A stretch of 64,000 nt of DNA from the NCBI GenBank assembly GCA_048938105.1, contig JBHLMN010000002.1, positions 160,001-224,000 of the forward strand, written 5' to 3'. This stretch comes from Promethearchaeota archaeon (GTDB lineage Archaea > Asgardarchaeota > Heimdallarchaeia > Hodarchaeales > Hodarchaeaceae). The translations under genes were made by a program, and so were the position numbers. The notes beneath the pieces were generated by a model that searched no databases, had not been told where the DNA came from, and saw only the letters and a program-made list of their open reading frames with translations. Below, in pieces: positions 1-9,909 of the stretch. Position 1 is the first letter of the stretch. The number at the start of each line of letters is the position of its first letter.

Positions 1-1071
1 TTCATCTGTTGATAATTCGTCCCACTTCTCTAATTTCTTTGTTGCATAAAACAAGTCTAGTTTTAGTGATTCAGCTTCTTCTTCAGAGGATCCTAGCTCT
101 TCTATTGCATCTGTTATTGAGTGACTTAGAAAGAACTGCATTTCTAGTTCTTCCTGTTTTTCTTTTGAAAGATCTAGGTTATTCAGCATTGAGGAGTATT
201 GTTCTAGTACCAGAGCTCGAGCAACTTCTCTTCTCATGTAATCTCTGAGTTCTTCTTTGATGTGTCCCTCAATGAAATCAAAATATATTTTTGACACAAG
301 ATCCCAGTTTGCTGCCAATTTAGTGCCAATTTTGTCTGCAAGAGGGAACCTTCTAATAGAATTTAACTCAATTTGTCTTGTTTTTACTTTTATATCCTGA
401 TCAAGTGCTGGTAAAGACAAATTATAGCTTGTTTTACAGATTAGAGTTGCAAGATTTTTCCGTGAGTGGAATCCCAGTATTAATGAAAAAATCACAAATA
501 AAGCGAAGAGTATTCCAAAAAAAGCCACATTTAATGGATTTATAATCTGATCTATATAGAGAAAATCCAAGTTTATTGAATTAAAATGAAGATAGATAAT
601 TGTTCCAAGATTTATAATATTCATTAATCCATAACAGATTGAAAAAAGGAATAACGTTTCTCTGAAAGTTAACATTTTCTCATCAGGGATTGTTTCATCT
701 CTAGTAAAATAAGAATCAATGTAACCCCTACGAAATAAAGTTTTTAATCTTGGGAGTAGTTCAATGTGTATATTTCTCTGTAGTTCCTTTTTAGTTTTCG
801 CATCTAAGTCAATTTTCTTTAATAAAAAGATATTATTCATGTTTTGTCTTAATGATTGCGAATATTTTTCTGCAGCTCTACTGACTCTCACTATCAGGTA
901 AGGTGAATAAATATAGAAAATATAAGCTGGAAATACCAGAAGAATAGTTGGAAGAATCAGGAATAGTTCAAATCTATTTGCCATAAAGAATAGATAAGCT
1001 TCGATTAAACTTATCTCATAAATTAAAGGGAAAATAATTCCTAAAACGAATCTATTTTCTCGTAAGGTCAT
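1..1071 (-). CDS. Membrane protein of unknown function, 3'-truncated by the window edge
   Basis: Absent from the ORF track because no stop lies in the window. ATG at 1071-1069 begins MTLRENRFVLGIIFPLIYEISLIEAYLFF with hydrophobic segments; the parts I translated in this frame, including the last codons at base 1, are open. Confidence 0.7.
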   Translation of the reverse strand, partial: MTLRENRFVLGIIFPLIYEISLIEAYLFFMANRFELFLILPTILLVFPAYIFYIYSPYLIVRVSRAAEKYSQSLRQNMNNIFLLKKIDLDAKTKKELQRNIHIELLPRLKTLFRRGYIDSYFTRDETIPDEKMLTFRETLFLFSICYGLMNIINLGTIIYLHFNSINLDFLYIDQIINPLNVAFFGILFALFVIFSLILGFHSRKNLATLICKTSYNLSLPALDQDIKVKTRQIELNSIRRFPLADKIGTKLAANWDLVSKIYFDFIEGHIKEELRDYMRREVARALVLEQYSSMLNNLDLSKEKQEELEMQFFLSHSITDAIEELGSSEEEAESLKLDLFYATKKLEKWDELSTDE

Positions 1072-1246
1072 AGTAAATCAGCTTTATTGAACAATATATT
1101 CAGTTTTTAAAGTAAAAAACTCTCTTTTATAATAACTATTCTTGGTTTTACATTTTTTATAGAGATTTTTATCTTATAATGTTAAAAAGGAGGTAAAAAG
1201 ACAAGGAAAAAAAAAGAGATGGTACCATGAAAGATGATAAAGGTAC

Positions 1247-1450
1247 CTATTTTGTTGCTGCCAACTTAATGTCAGATTCTTTTACTGTCTTTCGACCAGA
1301 GTGACGGGCAATCTCAACCGCATATTTGGCGATAGTCGTCCCGTAGTTTGTGAGAACCTCATTTAAGCGATCGATCGCGTCAGCAGATACACGGTGTGCA
1401 CCAGCGGTTCTTATAAGTTTCTCAACTCTGGCTCTTGCAAAACCGGCCAT
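1247..1450 (-). CDS. Archaeal histone (HMf family)
   Basis: 67 aa histone fold with AGAHRVSADA and HSGRKTVKESDIKLA; GGTG SD upstream. Confidence 0.95.
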   Translation of the reverse strand: MAGFARARVEKLIRTAGAHRVSADAIDRLNEVLTNYGTTIAKYAVEIARHSGRKTVKESDIKLAATK

Positions 1451-1482
1451 TTTTTATACACCTTTTCTCCTAGATAACAGTT

Positions 1483-1546
1483 GTGAGTTCTTGTTTAAGC
1501 TCACTGTAGTTAAAGAAAATCACCTAGTTTATAAATCTTACTCTAC
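1483..1546 (-). promoter_or_regulatory. Histone 1 promoter: BRE/TATA block and 22-nt palindrome at the predicted TSS
   Basis: TTTATAAA at 1528-1535 lies in a 19-nt block identical to 2165-2183. GTGAG-N12-CTCAC inverted repeat at 1483-1504. Confidence 0.65.
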
Positions 1547-1880
1547 TTTTGTCATCTAGTTCCTTGTACTCCTCGCGATAATACTATGTAAATAAGTCAT
1601 ATTAAGATTGATGAAAAAAAGAGGGAGGTATAATGTTTTAATCAACGCTCATATTGTTCATTTTAAGCTTAGTAAAGTCTCTTTTGTTCAGTTTATTACG
1701 GATAAAAGGGCTCTATCTGAAAGAAATAGTTAAAGCTAGGGAACAGTATCGTTCTATAAACTTATGAATATTCAAAAAACGGAATTTAGACACATCTTCA
1801 AAGAACAGGAAGTATAACTATATAAAAAAGGGGGAAAAAGAGGAAAATATCCTCAAACAGCCGTTAGATTGTTAGATTCC

Positions 1881-2084
1881 TTATTTTGTTGCTGCGAGTT
1901 TAATGTCGGATTCTTTTACAGTCTTACGGCCAGAGTGTTGAGCGATCTCAACAGCATATTTAGCAACAGTGGTGCCATAGTCAGTTAATATTTCATTCAG
2001 GCGTTCAATTGCCCCAGCTGACACTCTATGTGCACCAGCAGTTCTAATAAGTTTTTCAATTCTTGCTCTCGCAAAACCAGCCAT
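1881..2084 (-). CDS. Archaeal histone (HMf family), paralog of 1247-1450
   Basis: MAGFARARIEKLIRTAGAHRVS...HSGRKTVKESDIKLAATK. Start placed at ATG 2084 from the GGTG SD and alignment with the paralog. Confidence 0.95.
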   Translation of the reverse strand: MAGFARARIEKLIRTAGAHRVSAGAIERLNEILTDYGTTVAKYAVEIAQHSGRKTVKESDIKLAATK

Positions 2085-2118
2085 TTTAAATTTCACCTTT
2101 TCTTGTAAGATAGTCATC

Positions 2119-2183
2119 GTGAGTTTGTATTTCAACTCACACATATTTGCCAAAATTTTTCTCCTTTATAAATCTTACTCTAC
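2119..2183 (-). promoter_or_regulatory. Histone 2 promoter: BRE/TATA block and 22-nt palindrome
   Basis: TTTATAAATCTTACTCTAC at 2165-2183; GTGAGTT-N8-AACTCAC at 2119-2140. Confidence 0.65.
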
Positions 2184-2293
2184 CACAGTCGTTTTTTGTT
2201 CGTACTCCTGACTTTAGTTCAAGTATGGTAGGTCACATTATTATAGACCTCTTGGTAGCGCGAATAAATAATGAAGACTAAGACAGATAAGGG

Positions 2294-2324
2294 ATAAGAG
2301 GAGAAAATTCATTTCTCCCCTTAT
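2294..2324 (-). terminator. Strong hairpin downstream of gpmA, possible terminator or stabiliser
   Basis: Minus strand ATAAGGGGAGAAA-TGAAT-TTTCTCCTCTTAT forms a 13-bp stem with one G-U pair. Confidence 0.35.
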
Positions 2325-2493
2325 GACGCTATTTGATATAACTTAGGTATAAAACTCCTTCTTTTTGCGATTAAGCCAAGGTGAAAATTTAATATTAAAT
2401 AATCATAATGGTTGAAAATATAAGAGAGAAACTATCTATCTAGGTGCTTCATTTTGATATTCAATATAAAAGATTTAAAAAAAGAAGAACTTC

Positions 2494-3243
2494 CTATTTC
2501 TTAGCCTTTCCTTGGTTTGCTACTTTTTGAATTGCTTTTTTGACTTCTTCTGGATCCCCTAGATAATAGTGTTCAATTGGTTGAATATGATTATCTAGCT
2601 CGTAAATCAAAGGAATTCCAGTTGGGATATTAAGCTTTAAAATCGCATCATTTGGAACCTCATCTAAATACTTTACCAAAGCACGAAGGCTATTTCCATG
2701 AGCAGAAATCAAAACTCTTTTTCCAGATTTAATTGAAGGTAATATAACTTCGTGCCAATAAGGAAGAACTCTGGCAACAGTATCTTTCAGACATTCTGTT
2801 AATGGTATCTCTTGTTCATTTAGATTATTGTATTTTGGATCATTACCAGGATAACGTTTATCATTCATCTTTAGAGCGGGAGGAGGGGTATCATAGCTCC
2901 TTCTCCATATTAAGACTTGCTTTTCACCATGTTTTGCAACAGTTTCAGCTTTATTAAGTCCTTGAAGAGCCCCATAATGTCTTTCATTTAATCTCCAAGA
3001 GCGAGAAACTGGGATCCACATCAAGTCCATTTCGTCCAAGACAATCCACAAAGTTCGGATAGCTCTTTTAAGAACTGAGGTGTAAGCAATGTCGAAGATA
3101 TATCCTTTTTCATTAAGGACTTGACCTGCATTTCTAGCTTCCTCAATACCTTTTGCTGATAGATCAACATCAGTCCAACCAGAAAAAAGACCACTTTTAT
3201 TCCAAGTAGATTCCCCGTGACGAAGAAGCACAACTTTATACAT
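2494..3243 (-). CDS. gpmA: 2,3-bisphosphoglycerate-dependent phosphoglycerate mutase
   Basis: [30 protein letters not shown] and LNIPTGIP motifs. Confidence 0.95.
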   Translation of the reverse strand: MYKVVLLRHGESTWNKSGLFSGWTDVDLSAKGIEEARNAGQVLNEKGYIFDIAYTSVLKRAIRTLWIVLDEMDLMWIPVSRSWRLNERHYGALQGLNKAETVAKHGEKQVLIWRRSYDTPPPALKMNDKRYPGNDPKYNNLNEQEIPLTECLKDTVARVLPYWHEVILPSIKSGKRVLISAHGNSLRALVKYLDEVPNDAILKLNIPTGIPLIYELDNHIQPIEHYYLGDPEEVKKAIQKVANQGKAKK

Positions 3244-3350
3244 TTAAACACCCATTTTTTTAACACTATATTGATTAATGCAATGAATATACCCTTATTA
3301 TACGTGAAATATTGTATTTTATTTTAGAATAAACCTGTTGGTGGAAAAAA

Positions 3351-3803
3351 TTATTTCACAATTTGATAGAATATTCCCTTATTCCCTTTTTCTTCCTTTT
3401 TCACAAAGCCATCAATTACTAATTGATTAAGATAAATTGTTTCAGTAATTTTTTTCCGATGACTAATTCGAGCTATGTGACCTGCTGTAACTGGTTTCTC
3501 AAATCTTCTTAAGATACTATAGGTACGTCTAAATCGTCTCGGGATGGGGATAAATCTCTCATGAGCTTTTATTTCCGAGGCGATTTCTCTTGAGATTCCT
3601 GCTTGTCTAGAGTCCAAGATTAAATTGATAGCCTCCTTAACTGTAATGATCTTTGTATCGTTTTTCCAAGAGCGTTCAATGCCAGTAAGTAGGTCGTTAA
3701 TTTGCATATGACTGTTTTTAATAACTTCAAGGGCACTAGGAGTAATCTGGAAATCCAGGGCTTTCAATTTATCTAGGAAATCACTTTCAGACATTATAGA
3801 CAC
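3351..3803 (-). CDS. Hypothetical protein, probable C-terminal winged helix
   Basis: 150 aa; C-terminus PVTAGHIARISHRKKITETIYLNQLVIDGFVKKEEKGNKGIFYQI has a wHTH pattern. Confidence 0.55.
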   Translation of the reverse strand: MSIMSESDFLDKLKALDFQITPSALEVIKNSHMQINDLLTGIERSWKNDTKIITVKEAINLILDSRQAGISREIASEIKAHERFIPIPRRFRRTYSILRRFEKPVTAGHIARISHRKKITETIYLNQLVIDGFVKKEEKGNKGIFYQIVK

Positions 3804-3953
3804 TCTAAGTCAAAAATACTTTTACAAACAAGCAAATATATATTCATCTCTCTCAAAAGCTTTTCGCTTTAAAACACTATTCAGAGAGCTTAATGGACTT
3901 TTAACAATGATTTGATAAAATTTTTAAATTAAAGTACAAAATATAACAATGAA

Positions 3954-4436
3954 ATGAAAGAATTCAATGAAACTCGTAAGACATGCATATATCGGGATAA
4001 TCAAAGGTGTACTTACTGGCAAAACGAAACACAATGCCATTTTTTAGCATGTCCTCTTTATTCTTACAAGATATCTGAAACAACTAAGAAAGGAGTTAAA
4101 AAACGTATTACAGATTCTGTCGTCTTTGATATTGATGATTTTGATAGAAACAGGACTACAACTTTAGACTTGATACAAGAAGTGCGAACCAACGAGTTAA
4201 GACATCTAGATCGAAAAAAACAGAAAACTCAAGGAGGATCTATAGTTAAGAAGCCAGTTCAACGTATGAGGTGTATTGTATGCGGGGAACTCATAGATGA
4301 TGACAAATTTTCGACTATTCGTGACCCAAGTGGTGTGATAATCTATATCCATTCTAAAGGTAAATGTCAAGCTCGAAAAGAACAGTTTCTAATGATACGA
4401 GAAGAATGGTTGAAGACCCATACTTCAGATGATTGA
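3954..4436 (+). CDS. Cys-rich hypothetical protein (N-terminal 4-Cys cluster, C-terminal CxxC/HxxxxC finger)
   Basis: CIY...C...C..ACPLY at the N-terminus; CIVCG...IHSKGKC at the C-terminus. Confidence 0.6.
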   Translation: MKEFNETRKTCIYRDNQRCTYWQNETQCHFLACPLYSYKISETTKKGVKKRITDSVVFDIDDFDRNRTTTLDLIQEVRTNELRHLDRKKQKTQGGSIVKKPVQRMRCIVCGELIDDDKFSTIRDPSGVIIYIHSKGKCQARKEQFLMIREEWLKTHTSDD

Positions 4437-4439
4437 TGT

Positions 4440-4694
4440 TTAAATTGTTTCTGATTCAGTGGGTGGTTCTTTCTTTCTAGTGTAGTATCTTTGTCCGATT
4501 AGATGTGTTGTAATAAGCAAGAAAAAGCTGATAATAAGTAAGGCCAAGCTAAAGAGCTTTGGAAAAGGTTCTTTGAGAGCAAAAAATAATATTACGGAAC
4601 ATATTGTGCTCATAAGGCTTAAGAGGAAAAAAAGAATAAGAAGAAAAGGCGTATCCTCTTTAGGAAGTATTTTCACAACTAGTAACACCACCAA
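4440..4694 (-). CDS. Small two-TM membrane protein
   Basis: Two hydrophobic stretches followed by a basic tail. Confidence 0.45.
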   Translation of the reverse strand: MVVLLVVKILPKEDTPFLLILFFLLSLMSTICSVILFFALKEPFPKLFSLALLIISFFLLITTHLIGQRYYTRKKEPPTESETI

Positions 4695-4906
4695 AATTCG
4701 GGTTGAATCTTACATATTATGTAAACCAATTCTTGATTATCTCATTTTACTCCCCTGTATTTAGAGTTTATCCTCAATAGAAAAAAAATGAAATGAACAT
4801 ACTTGATATAATTTCAATTATCAACTCCAACAGGTTTTTTCGATTTTCTGATTAATTCTTAGAGTCTGCCTCAGAAAACCATTTTAAGAAAGACAGGAAG
4901 TTCTCT

Positions 4907-6982
4907 GTGTACACGAAAATTGAAGTGAGAATCACGATGTCAATCAAGAGTAAAGATTTTGTGCTGTTAAAATTTCCACACTCTCCTGCTATTTCTCCAG
5001 ATGGTAAAAAATTGGTGTTTGCAGTTAAAAAGGTGAATCAGAAGAAAAATCAATATAAAAGCCCAATTTACCTTAAAATCGCCGAAAAGAACGGATATAA
5101 GCAGCTAACTGCAGGAACTCATGTAGATACGGCCCCCCAATTTTCCCCATCAGGTGAATACCTTGCTTTTCTTTCATCTCGAGCTGAAAAAGGAACACAA
5201 GTATTCATAATGCCTATTGATGGTGGGGAAGCCTTTCAGGTAACTGAATTTCCACAAGGAGTTCTGAGTTTTAGCTGGAGTCACGATAGTAAATTAATCC
5301 ATGTAATTGCCCGAGTAAATGAAGAAGAGTTAAGACTCGTTTTGGATCCCAAGAAAGAAAAGGTTCCATCTTTTGTGCTAGAACCCGTGGAATTTAAGGT
5401 CTATAAATCTAGAAAAAAAGAGCTTAAGGAGATAAGGACTGATCCAAGAGTTATTTCTGATGGTTACTGCAGGGAAGGGACATCTTACTTGGATGGTCGG
5501 TTTAATCAACCTTTTATTGTAAATATATCCAAATTTAACACTGAATTCACGCAAGAAATTCCCAAAAAAGTCATTCATATAGGAGAACATGGATTCCATT
5601 TTAATTTGGGGACTTTTTCCCTTGATAATCGGACAATTTTCTTAGCTAAGTATGCAGAAGATCCTAGTGTTACATTAGAACAAGAGATTCTAAAAGTTAA
5701 CATTTCAGATCCTTCAGAAAAAATATTTATTGGACGGGTATTTGGTAGGGGGATAGAAAATCTTCAATTATCTCCAGATGGAAGATATCTCTCTTTTCAT
5801 GCGATAAGAAAAGAGAAAATCGTGTATGATGATAGTCAAATCTTTCTATTTGATGTGAAAAAGCAAGAGGTTGGCAATTTTGTCTGCATTACAGAAAATT
5901 ATAATCGATCAGCGATTCAATCATGTTGGTTAAATGAAAGCACCTTATTATTCTTAAGTCCAAGTAATGGAAAAATAAACATCCATAAGATAGATATTAA
6001 TACAAAGAAAACAGAGACTGTTGTCAAGGGAGACAGAAACATTAATAGCTTTGCAATTTCAAAAAACGGAAGCCGTATTGCTTATGAAGTATCTCATGTT
6101 TCATTTCCAAGTGATATTTTTTGGTGTAAGGCTGATGGATCGGCTGAAGAGAGAGTAACTGAAGCAAACGAGGAATATCTAAAGACCCATGTTCCTGCAA
6201 AAGTAGAAGAGTTTAGTTTTGAAAAAGACGGAGTTAATTTTCAAGGGTGGCTCTTGTTATCAGCAGATTATAATCCTACTGAAAAAATACCCGTTGTTCT
6301 TGAAATTCATGGAGGGCCAGCTGTTATGTGGACTCCACATGAGAAGACCCTTTGGCATGAATGGAATATACTTGTATCAAAAGGTTATGCAGTTGTTTTC
6401 TGTAATCCAAGAGGATCTGATGGATATGGTATTGATTTCCGAGCTGCTATATATAAAAATTGGGGAGAAATCGCTGCAAACGATATATTAAAAGCGTTAG
6501 ACACTGCCTTAGCAAAATATTCATTTTTAGATTCAAATAGAGTTGCAGTCACTGGCGGGAGCTACGGAGGTTACATGACCTCATGGCTTGTCACCCAAAC
6601 CAACCAGTTTAAAGCAGCAATCAGTCAACGTGGTGTTTATGAATTTGTAGCTTTTAGTACAACCACGGATATTCCAGCTTGGTTTGAAAAACAGTACGAA
6701 GGCGAAATTATTGACCGTTTTGCAGATATCTGGAAAGATTCTCCAGTTGCTCATATTAGGAACTTGCAAACTCCACTTTTAATAATTCATTCTGAGAATG
6801 ATTTTCGAGTTCCTATTGTTAATGCTGAACAACTATTTTGGTTGGGAAAAAGATATGGAAAAACTTTAGAATTAATCCGTTATCCTCGAGATGGCCATGA
6901 GCTCTCCCGAAGTGGCGAACCGAGGCATGTAATTGACCGCATAAACAGAATCGTAGATTGGATTCAAAAATACAACAAATAA
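4907..6982 (+). CDS. S9 family peptidase (acylaminoacyl/dipeptidyl peptidase), beta-propeller plus alpha/beta hydrolase
   Basis: PD40-like SPDG repeats, IHGGP, GGSYGG nucleophile, ENDFRV Asp and DGHEL His. The start may be ATG 4937. Confidence 0.92.
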   Translation: MYTKIEVRITMSIKSKDFVLLKFPHSPAISPDGKKLVFAVKKVNQKKNQYKSPIYLKIAEKNGYKQLTAGTHVDTAPQFSPSGEYLAFLSSRAEKGTQVFIMPIDGGEAFQVTEFPQGVLSFSWSHDSKLIHVIARVNEEELRLVLDPKKEKVPSFVLEPVEFKVYKSRKKELKEIRTDPRVISDGYCREGTSYLDGRFNQPFIVNISKFNTEFTQEIPKKVIHIGEHGFHFNLGTFSLDNRTIFLAKYAEDPSVTLEQEILKVNISDPSEKIFIGRVFGRGIENLQLSPDGRYLSFHAIRKEKIVYDDSQIFLFDVKKQEVGNFVCITENYNRSAIQSCWLNESTLLFLSPSNGKINIHKIDINTKKTETVVKGDRNINSFAISKNGSRIAYEVSHVSFPSDIFWCKADGSAEERVTEANEEYLKTHVPAKVEEFSFEKDGVNFQGWLLLSADYNPTEKIPVVLEIHGGPAVMWTPHEKTLWHEWNILVSKGYAVVFCNPRGSDGYGIDFRAAIYKNWGEIAANDILKALDTALAKYSFLDSNRVAVTGGSYGGYMTSWLVTQTNQFKAAISQRGVYEFVAFSTTTDIPAWFEKQYEGEIIDRFADIWKDSPVAHIRNLQTPLLIIHSENDFRVPIVNAEQLFWLGKRYGKTLELIRYPRDGHELSRSGEPRHVIDRINRIVDWIQKYNK

Positions 6983-6998
6983 TAAAGATGTTATTAAA

Positions 6999-8615
6999 AT
7001 GGCTGTGAAATTTTGGAGGCGTCCTCTTTCTGGCCGTTCCGCAGTACATGCATGCAATGGCATGGTAGCTTCTTCTCAACCACTCGCTTCTCAAACTGGT
7101 ATTCATATACTCCAATCAGGTGGAAATGCCTGTGATGCGATCGTGGCTATGGCAGCTGTATTAAATGTTGTTGAACCGTTTTCAACAGGTATTGGTGGAG
7201 ATGCTTTTGCACTCTTGTATATTCCAGGTGAAAAATCACCAAAAGCAATTAATGGATCAGGATATTCCCCTGAAAGTTTATCTTACAATTATCTTGTAGA
7301 AGAATTAGCTTTAGTTCAAATGCCAATAACAGGAGTAATACCTATTACTGTACCTGGTGCAATCAGTGCGTGGGAAATGATTCACAAATCTTATGGAATT
7401 CTTCCTTGGGAAGAAATTATCCAACCAGCAATAACATACGCTCAGAAAGGCTTTCCAGTTAGTCCTGTTATCGCTCAGGTTTGGAATGAGCTAGTCCCTA
7501 AACTCCTTACTCATAATGGTGCGACTAAAAACTATTTAATCAATGGTGAAAGAGCTCCTGTTGCAGGTGAGATATTTAAACAGAAAGCGCTTGCATCAAC
7601 TCTGAAAATTATTGCAAAACAAGGTGCAGAAGCCTTCTATAGAGGCGAACTGGCAAATAGAACAGTAAAATTTCTCCAAAATCAGGGTGGTTTTATAAAA
7701 ATATCTGACTTAGAAAATTATAAGGCTGAATGGACAACACCTATCTCTCAAGAAATCTATAATAACATAATATGGGAACACGGTCCAAATGGTCAAGGAT
7801 TAACAACCCTTCTAATTCTCAATATTGTCGAGGAATTAGACATTGCTAGATATCCCCATAATTCAGTAGCTTATCTCCATCATTTTATTGAATCCAAAAA
7901 GATCGCTTTTGCAGATGCCTTTGCACAAATTGCAGATCCAAGATTCATGACAATTTCTCCTTCAAAATTACTTTCTGAAGAATATACTCAGATTCGTGCC
8001 AGTCAGATTAATCCTAGACGAGCAATGAACCCAATAACCCCTCCTCTTGAAGTAGGAGAAGATACTGTTTATTTAACCGCAGCTGATAAAGACGGGATGA
8101 CGATTTCATTCATCAATTCTCTTTATTATGGTTTTGGTTCTGGGATTGTAGATCCACAAACAGGTATTGCATTTCAGAATCGAGGAGCAGGATTTTCATT
8201 AGTAAAAGGTCACCCTAATCAATACTTACCAAAAAAACGTCCATTTCATACTATTATCCCAGCAATGGTAACTTCGCCTGAAGGTGAACTAGAATATTCC
8301 TTTGGGGTGATGGGGGGTCATCATCAACCTCAAGGTCAAGCACAGGTTTTTCTTAACCTAATTCTGTATGAAATGGATCCACAAGAAGCTATTAGTTGTC
8401 CAAGGTTTCATCACGATCAGATATCGAATGCAGTAGCTTTAGAAGATCCTATTGGAGTTAATGTTAGGGCAAAATTGCGAAAACTTGGCCACACGATAGT
8501 TGATTCTGTGGGAACTAACTTTGGAGGTGGACAGATTATTCGATACGACTCTTCAAAGAAATGTTATGTTGGTGGATCTGATCCACGTAAAGATGGACAA
8601 GCAAATGGATACTAG
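6999..8615 (+). CDS. ggt: Gamma-glutamyltransferase
   Basis: GGNACDA, TGIGGDAF, EDTVY autocleavage Thr, FQNRG, KRPFHTIIP, GVMGG and SDPRKDG. Confidence 0.93.
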   Translation: MAVKFWRRPLSGRSAVHACNGMVASSQPLASQTGIHILQSGGNACDAIVAMAAVLNVVEPFSTGIGGDAFALLYIPGEKSPKAINGSGYSPESLSYNYLVEELALVQMPITGVIPITVPGAISAWEMIHKSYGILPWEEIIQPAITYAQKGFPVSPVIAQVWNELVPKLLTHNGATKNYLINGERAPVAGEIFKQKALASTLKIIAKQGAEAFYRGELANRTVKFLQNQGGFIKISDLENYKAEWTTPISQEIYNNIIWEHGPNGQGLTTLLILNIVEELDIARYPHNSVAYLHHFIESKKIAFADAFAQIADPRFMTISPSKLLSEEYTQIRASQINPRRAMNPITPPLEVGEDTVYLTAADKDGMTISFINSLYYGFGSGIVDPQTGIAFQNRGAGFSLVKGHPNQYLPKKRPFHTIIPAMVTSPEGELEYSFGVMGGHHQPQGQAQVFLNLILYEMDPQEAISCPRFHHDQISNAVALEDPIGVNVRAKLRKLGHTIVDSVGTNFGGGQIIRYDSSKKCYVGGSDPRKDGQANGY

Positions 8616-8685
8616 GATTAATTGAACTTATGAAAGATGTCATGATATAAAACAATCAGTATTCATTCTTATTGGCTTTAAGAAA

Positions 8686-9909
8686 GTGGTTATGATGAAA
8701 AATGATTCGATTCTATCCAAATTATTAAAACAAGCAAGAAAGGAACTATATTCTTGGGCAACAAATGACCTAACCTGTCAATTGGCAAAAGAAGTTATGT
8801 CAATTGGACTAGCAAAAATAAAATTATTTTTTAAGGAGTTAGGTCTCGATTCAAGTGCGATTGTTGTATTTGGCCCTGATGGGAGTGTTACCAGAAATAA
8901 AGCCAGATTCAATGAGGGTGTTGGTTATGGATGCGTAGTCGCTACTAAAAATTATATTTTTCCTAGCTTACTCCACCCGAACGGTTGTGGTTTTGGATTA
9001 TACCAAATTGATAATATGCCATCATTACCTGAGTTGCTGAGAAAGTTAAATAAACTGAAGAAAGAAGGTGTGCCTATTGGGAATCAACAAGGGAAGTGGG
9101 ATGTCTGGAAATCAAACCACTTTATTGACATTCTCAGGTTGGATGGAGTAAGTCCAAATTATTCCCAATACGACGAATGGTTGTCTCAAGGCAATTATGT
9201 TCTTATACATTCATCTCAACAAGTTCAAACTGAACGTTTAAGGTGTTGGAATAAGGGCGAATTCACAACGGTTGATACTCCTCTTGGAATTATTGAAGGG
9301 CTTACTGATGAATCTTTAAAGGAGTATCTTAGATTCTTCCAGAGTGTAGAATCATATAGTAAAAAAAAGCGGGCCTCCATTGCAACTGAACTTTTTGGGG
9401 AGAACAATGTTAGCTGCATATCTAATCCTACTCATCAGGGATATTATCAAGAAAACGACTATTATGTTATGAGACTTGGCCTCTACAATTCCCTTGATCG
9501 AACTGGGGAGAAAAACATACCTATTTTTCCTTTAGCTTTTAATGGTTATTCCTTTATCTATCTTTATGAGGGCCTACCAAACATTAATGAACAACATTGG
9601 ACAAATAAACAGTATCAACAAGCTAAAAATATGAGACAAGTCGATTTCTTGAAGCAGGTAAACCTACTTCCACATGGTGGTGGTTATTCATTAAATTATC
9701 CTTTTTCTATAGTTCGATCAGTTGTATTCGATGGTATTATCTATTTTGAGTTATTTGACGCACCAATGGAAAGTAAACTACTAGTCCAAAATATCGAAGC
9801 ATTGGAATATGGTTATCGTGGTCCAACTGAAATCTTACCCTTAGTCGATCGTTTTGAGTTAGGAAAAAGAGTAGCTCGCTTTGTACCAACCCAGGTGATC
9901 AAATTTTAA
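8686..9909 (+). CDS. Highly divergent RtcB-family (RNA ligase-like) protein
   Basis: Motifs GPD, NGCG, SNHFID, IHS, THQ, PHGGG, GYR and terminal VIK occur in the same order as the RtcB active-site motifs. Confidence 0.65.
   Translation: MVMMKNDSILSKLLKQARKELYSWATNDLTCQLAKEVMSIGLAKIKLFFKELGLDSSAIVVFGPDGSVTRNKARFNEGVGYGCVVATKNYIFPSLLHPNGCGFGLYQIDNMPSLPELLRKLNKLKKEGVPIGNQQGKWDVWKSNHFIDILRLDGVSPNYSQYDEWLSQGNYVLIHSSQQVQTERLRCWNKGEFTTVDTPLGIIEGLTDESLKEYLRFFQSVESYSKKKRASIATELFGENNVSCISNPTHQGYYQENDYYVMRLGLYNSLDRTGEKNIPIFPLAFNGYSFIYLYEGLPNINEQHWTNKQYQQAKNMRQVDFLKQVNLLPHGGGYSLNYPFSIVRSVVFDGIIYFELFDAPMESKLLVQNIEALEYGYRGPTEILPLVDRFELGKRVARFVPTQVIKF

Noticed and set aside
2085-2153. Apparent N-terminal tail on histone 2 (90 aa ORF-track call)
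   Set aside because: The extension aligns with the non-coding leader of histone 1 (SD and palindrome) and begins upstream of the predicted TSS. The true start is ATG 2084, so there is no eukaryote-like tail.
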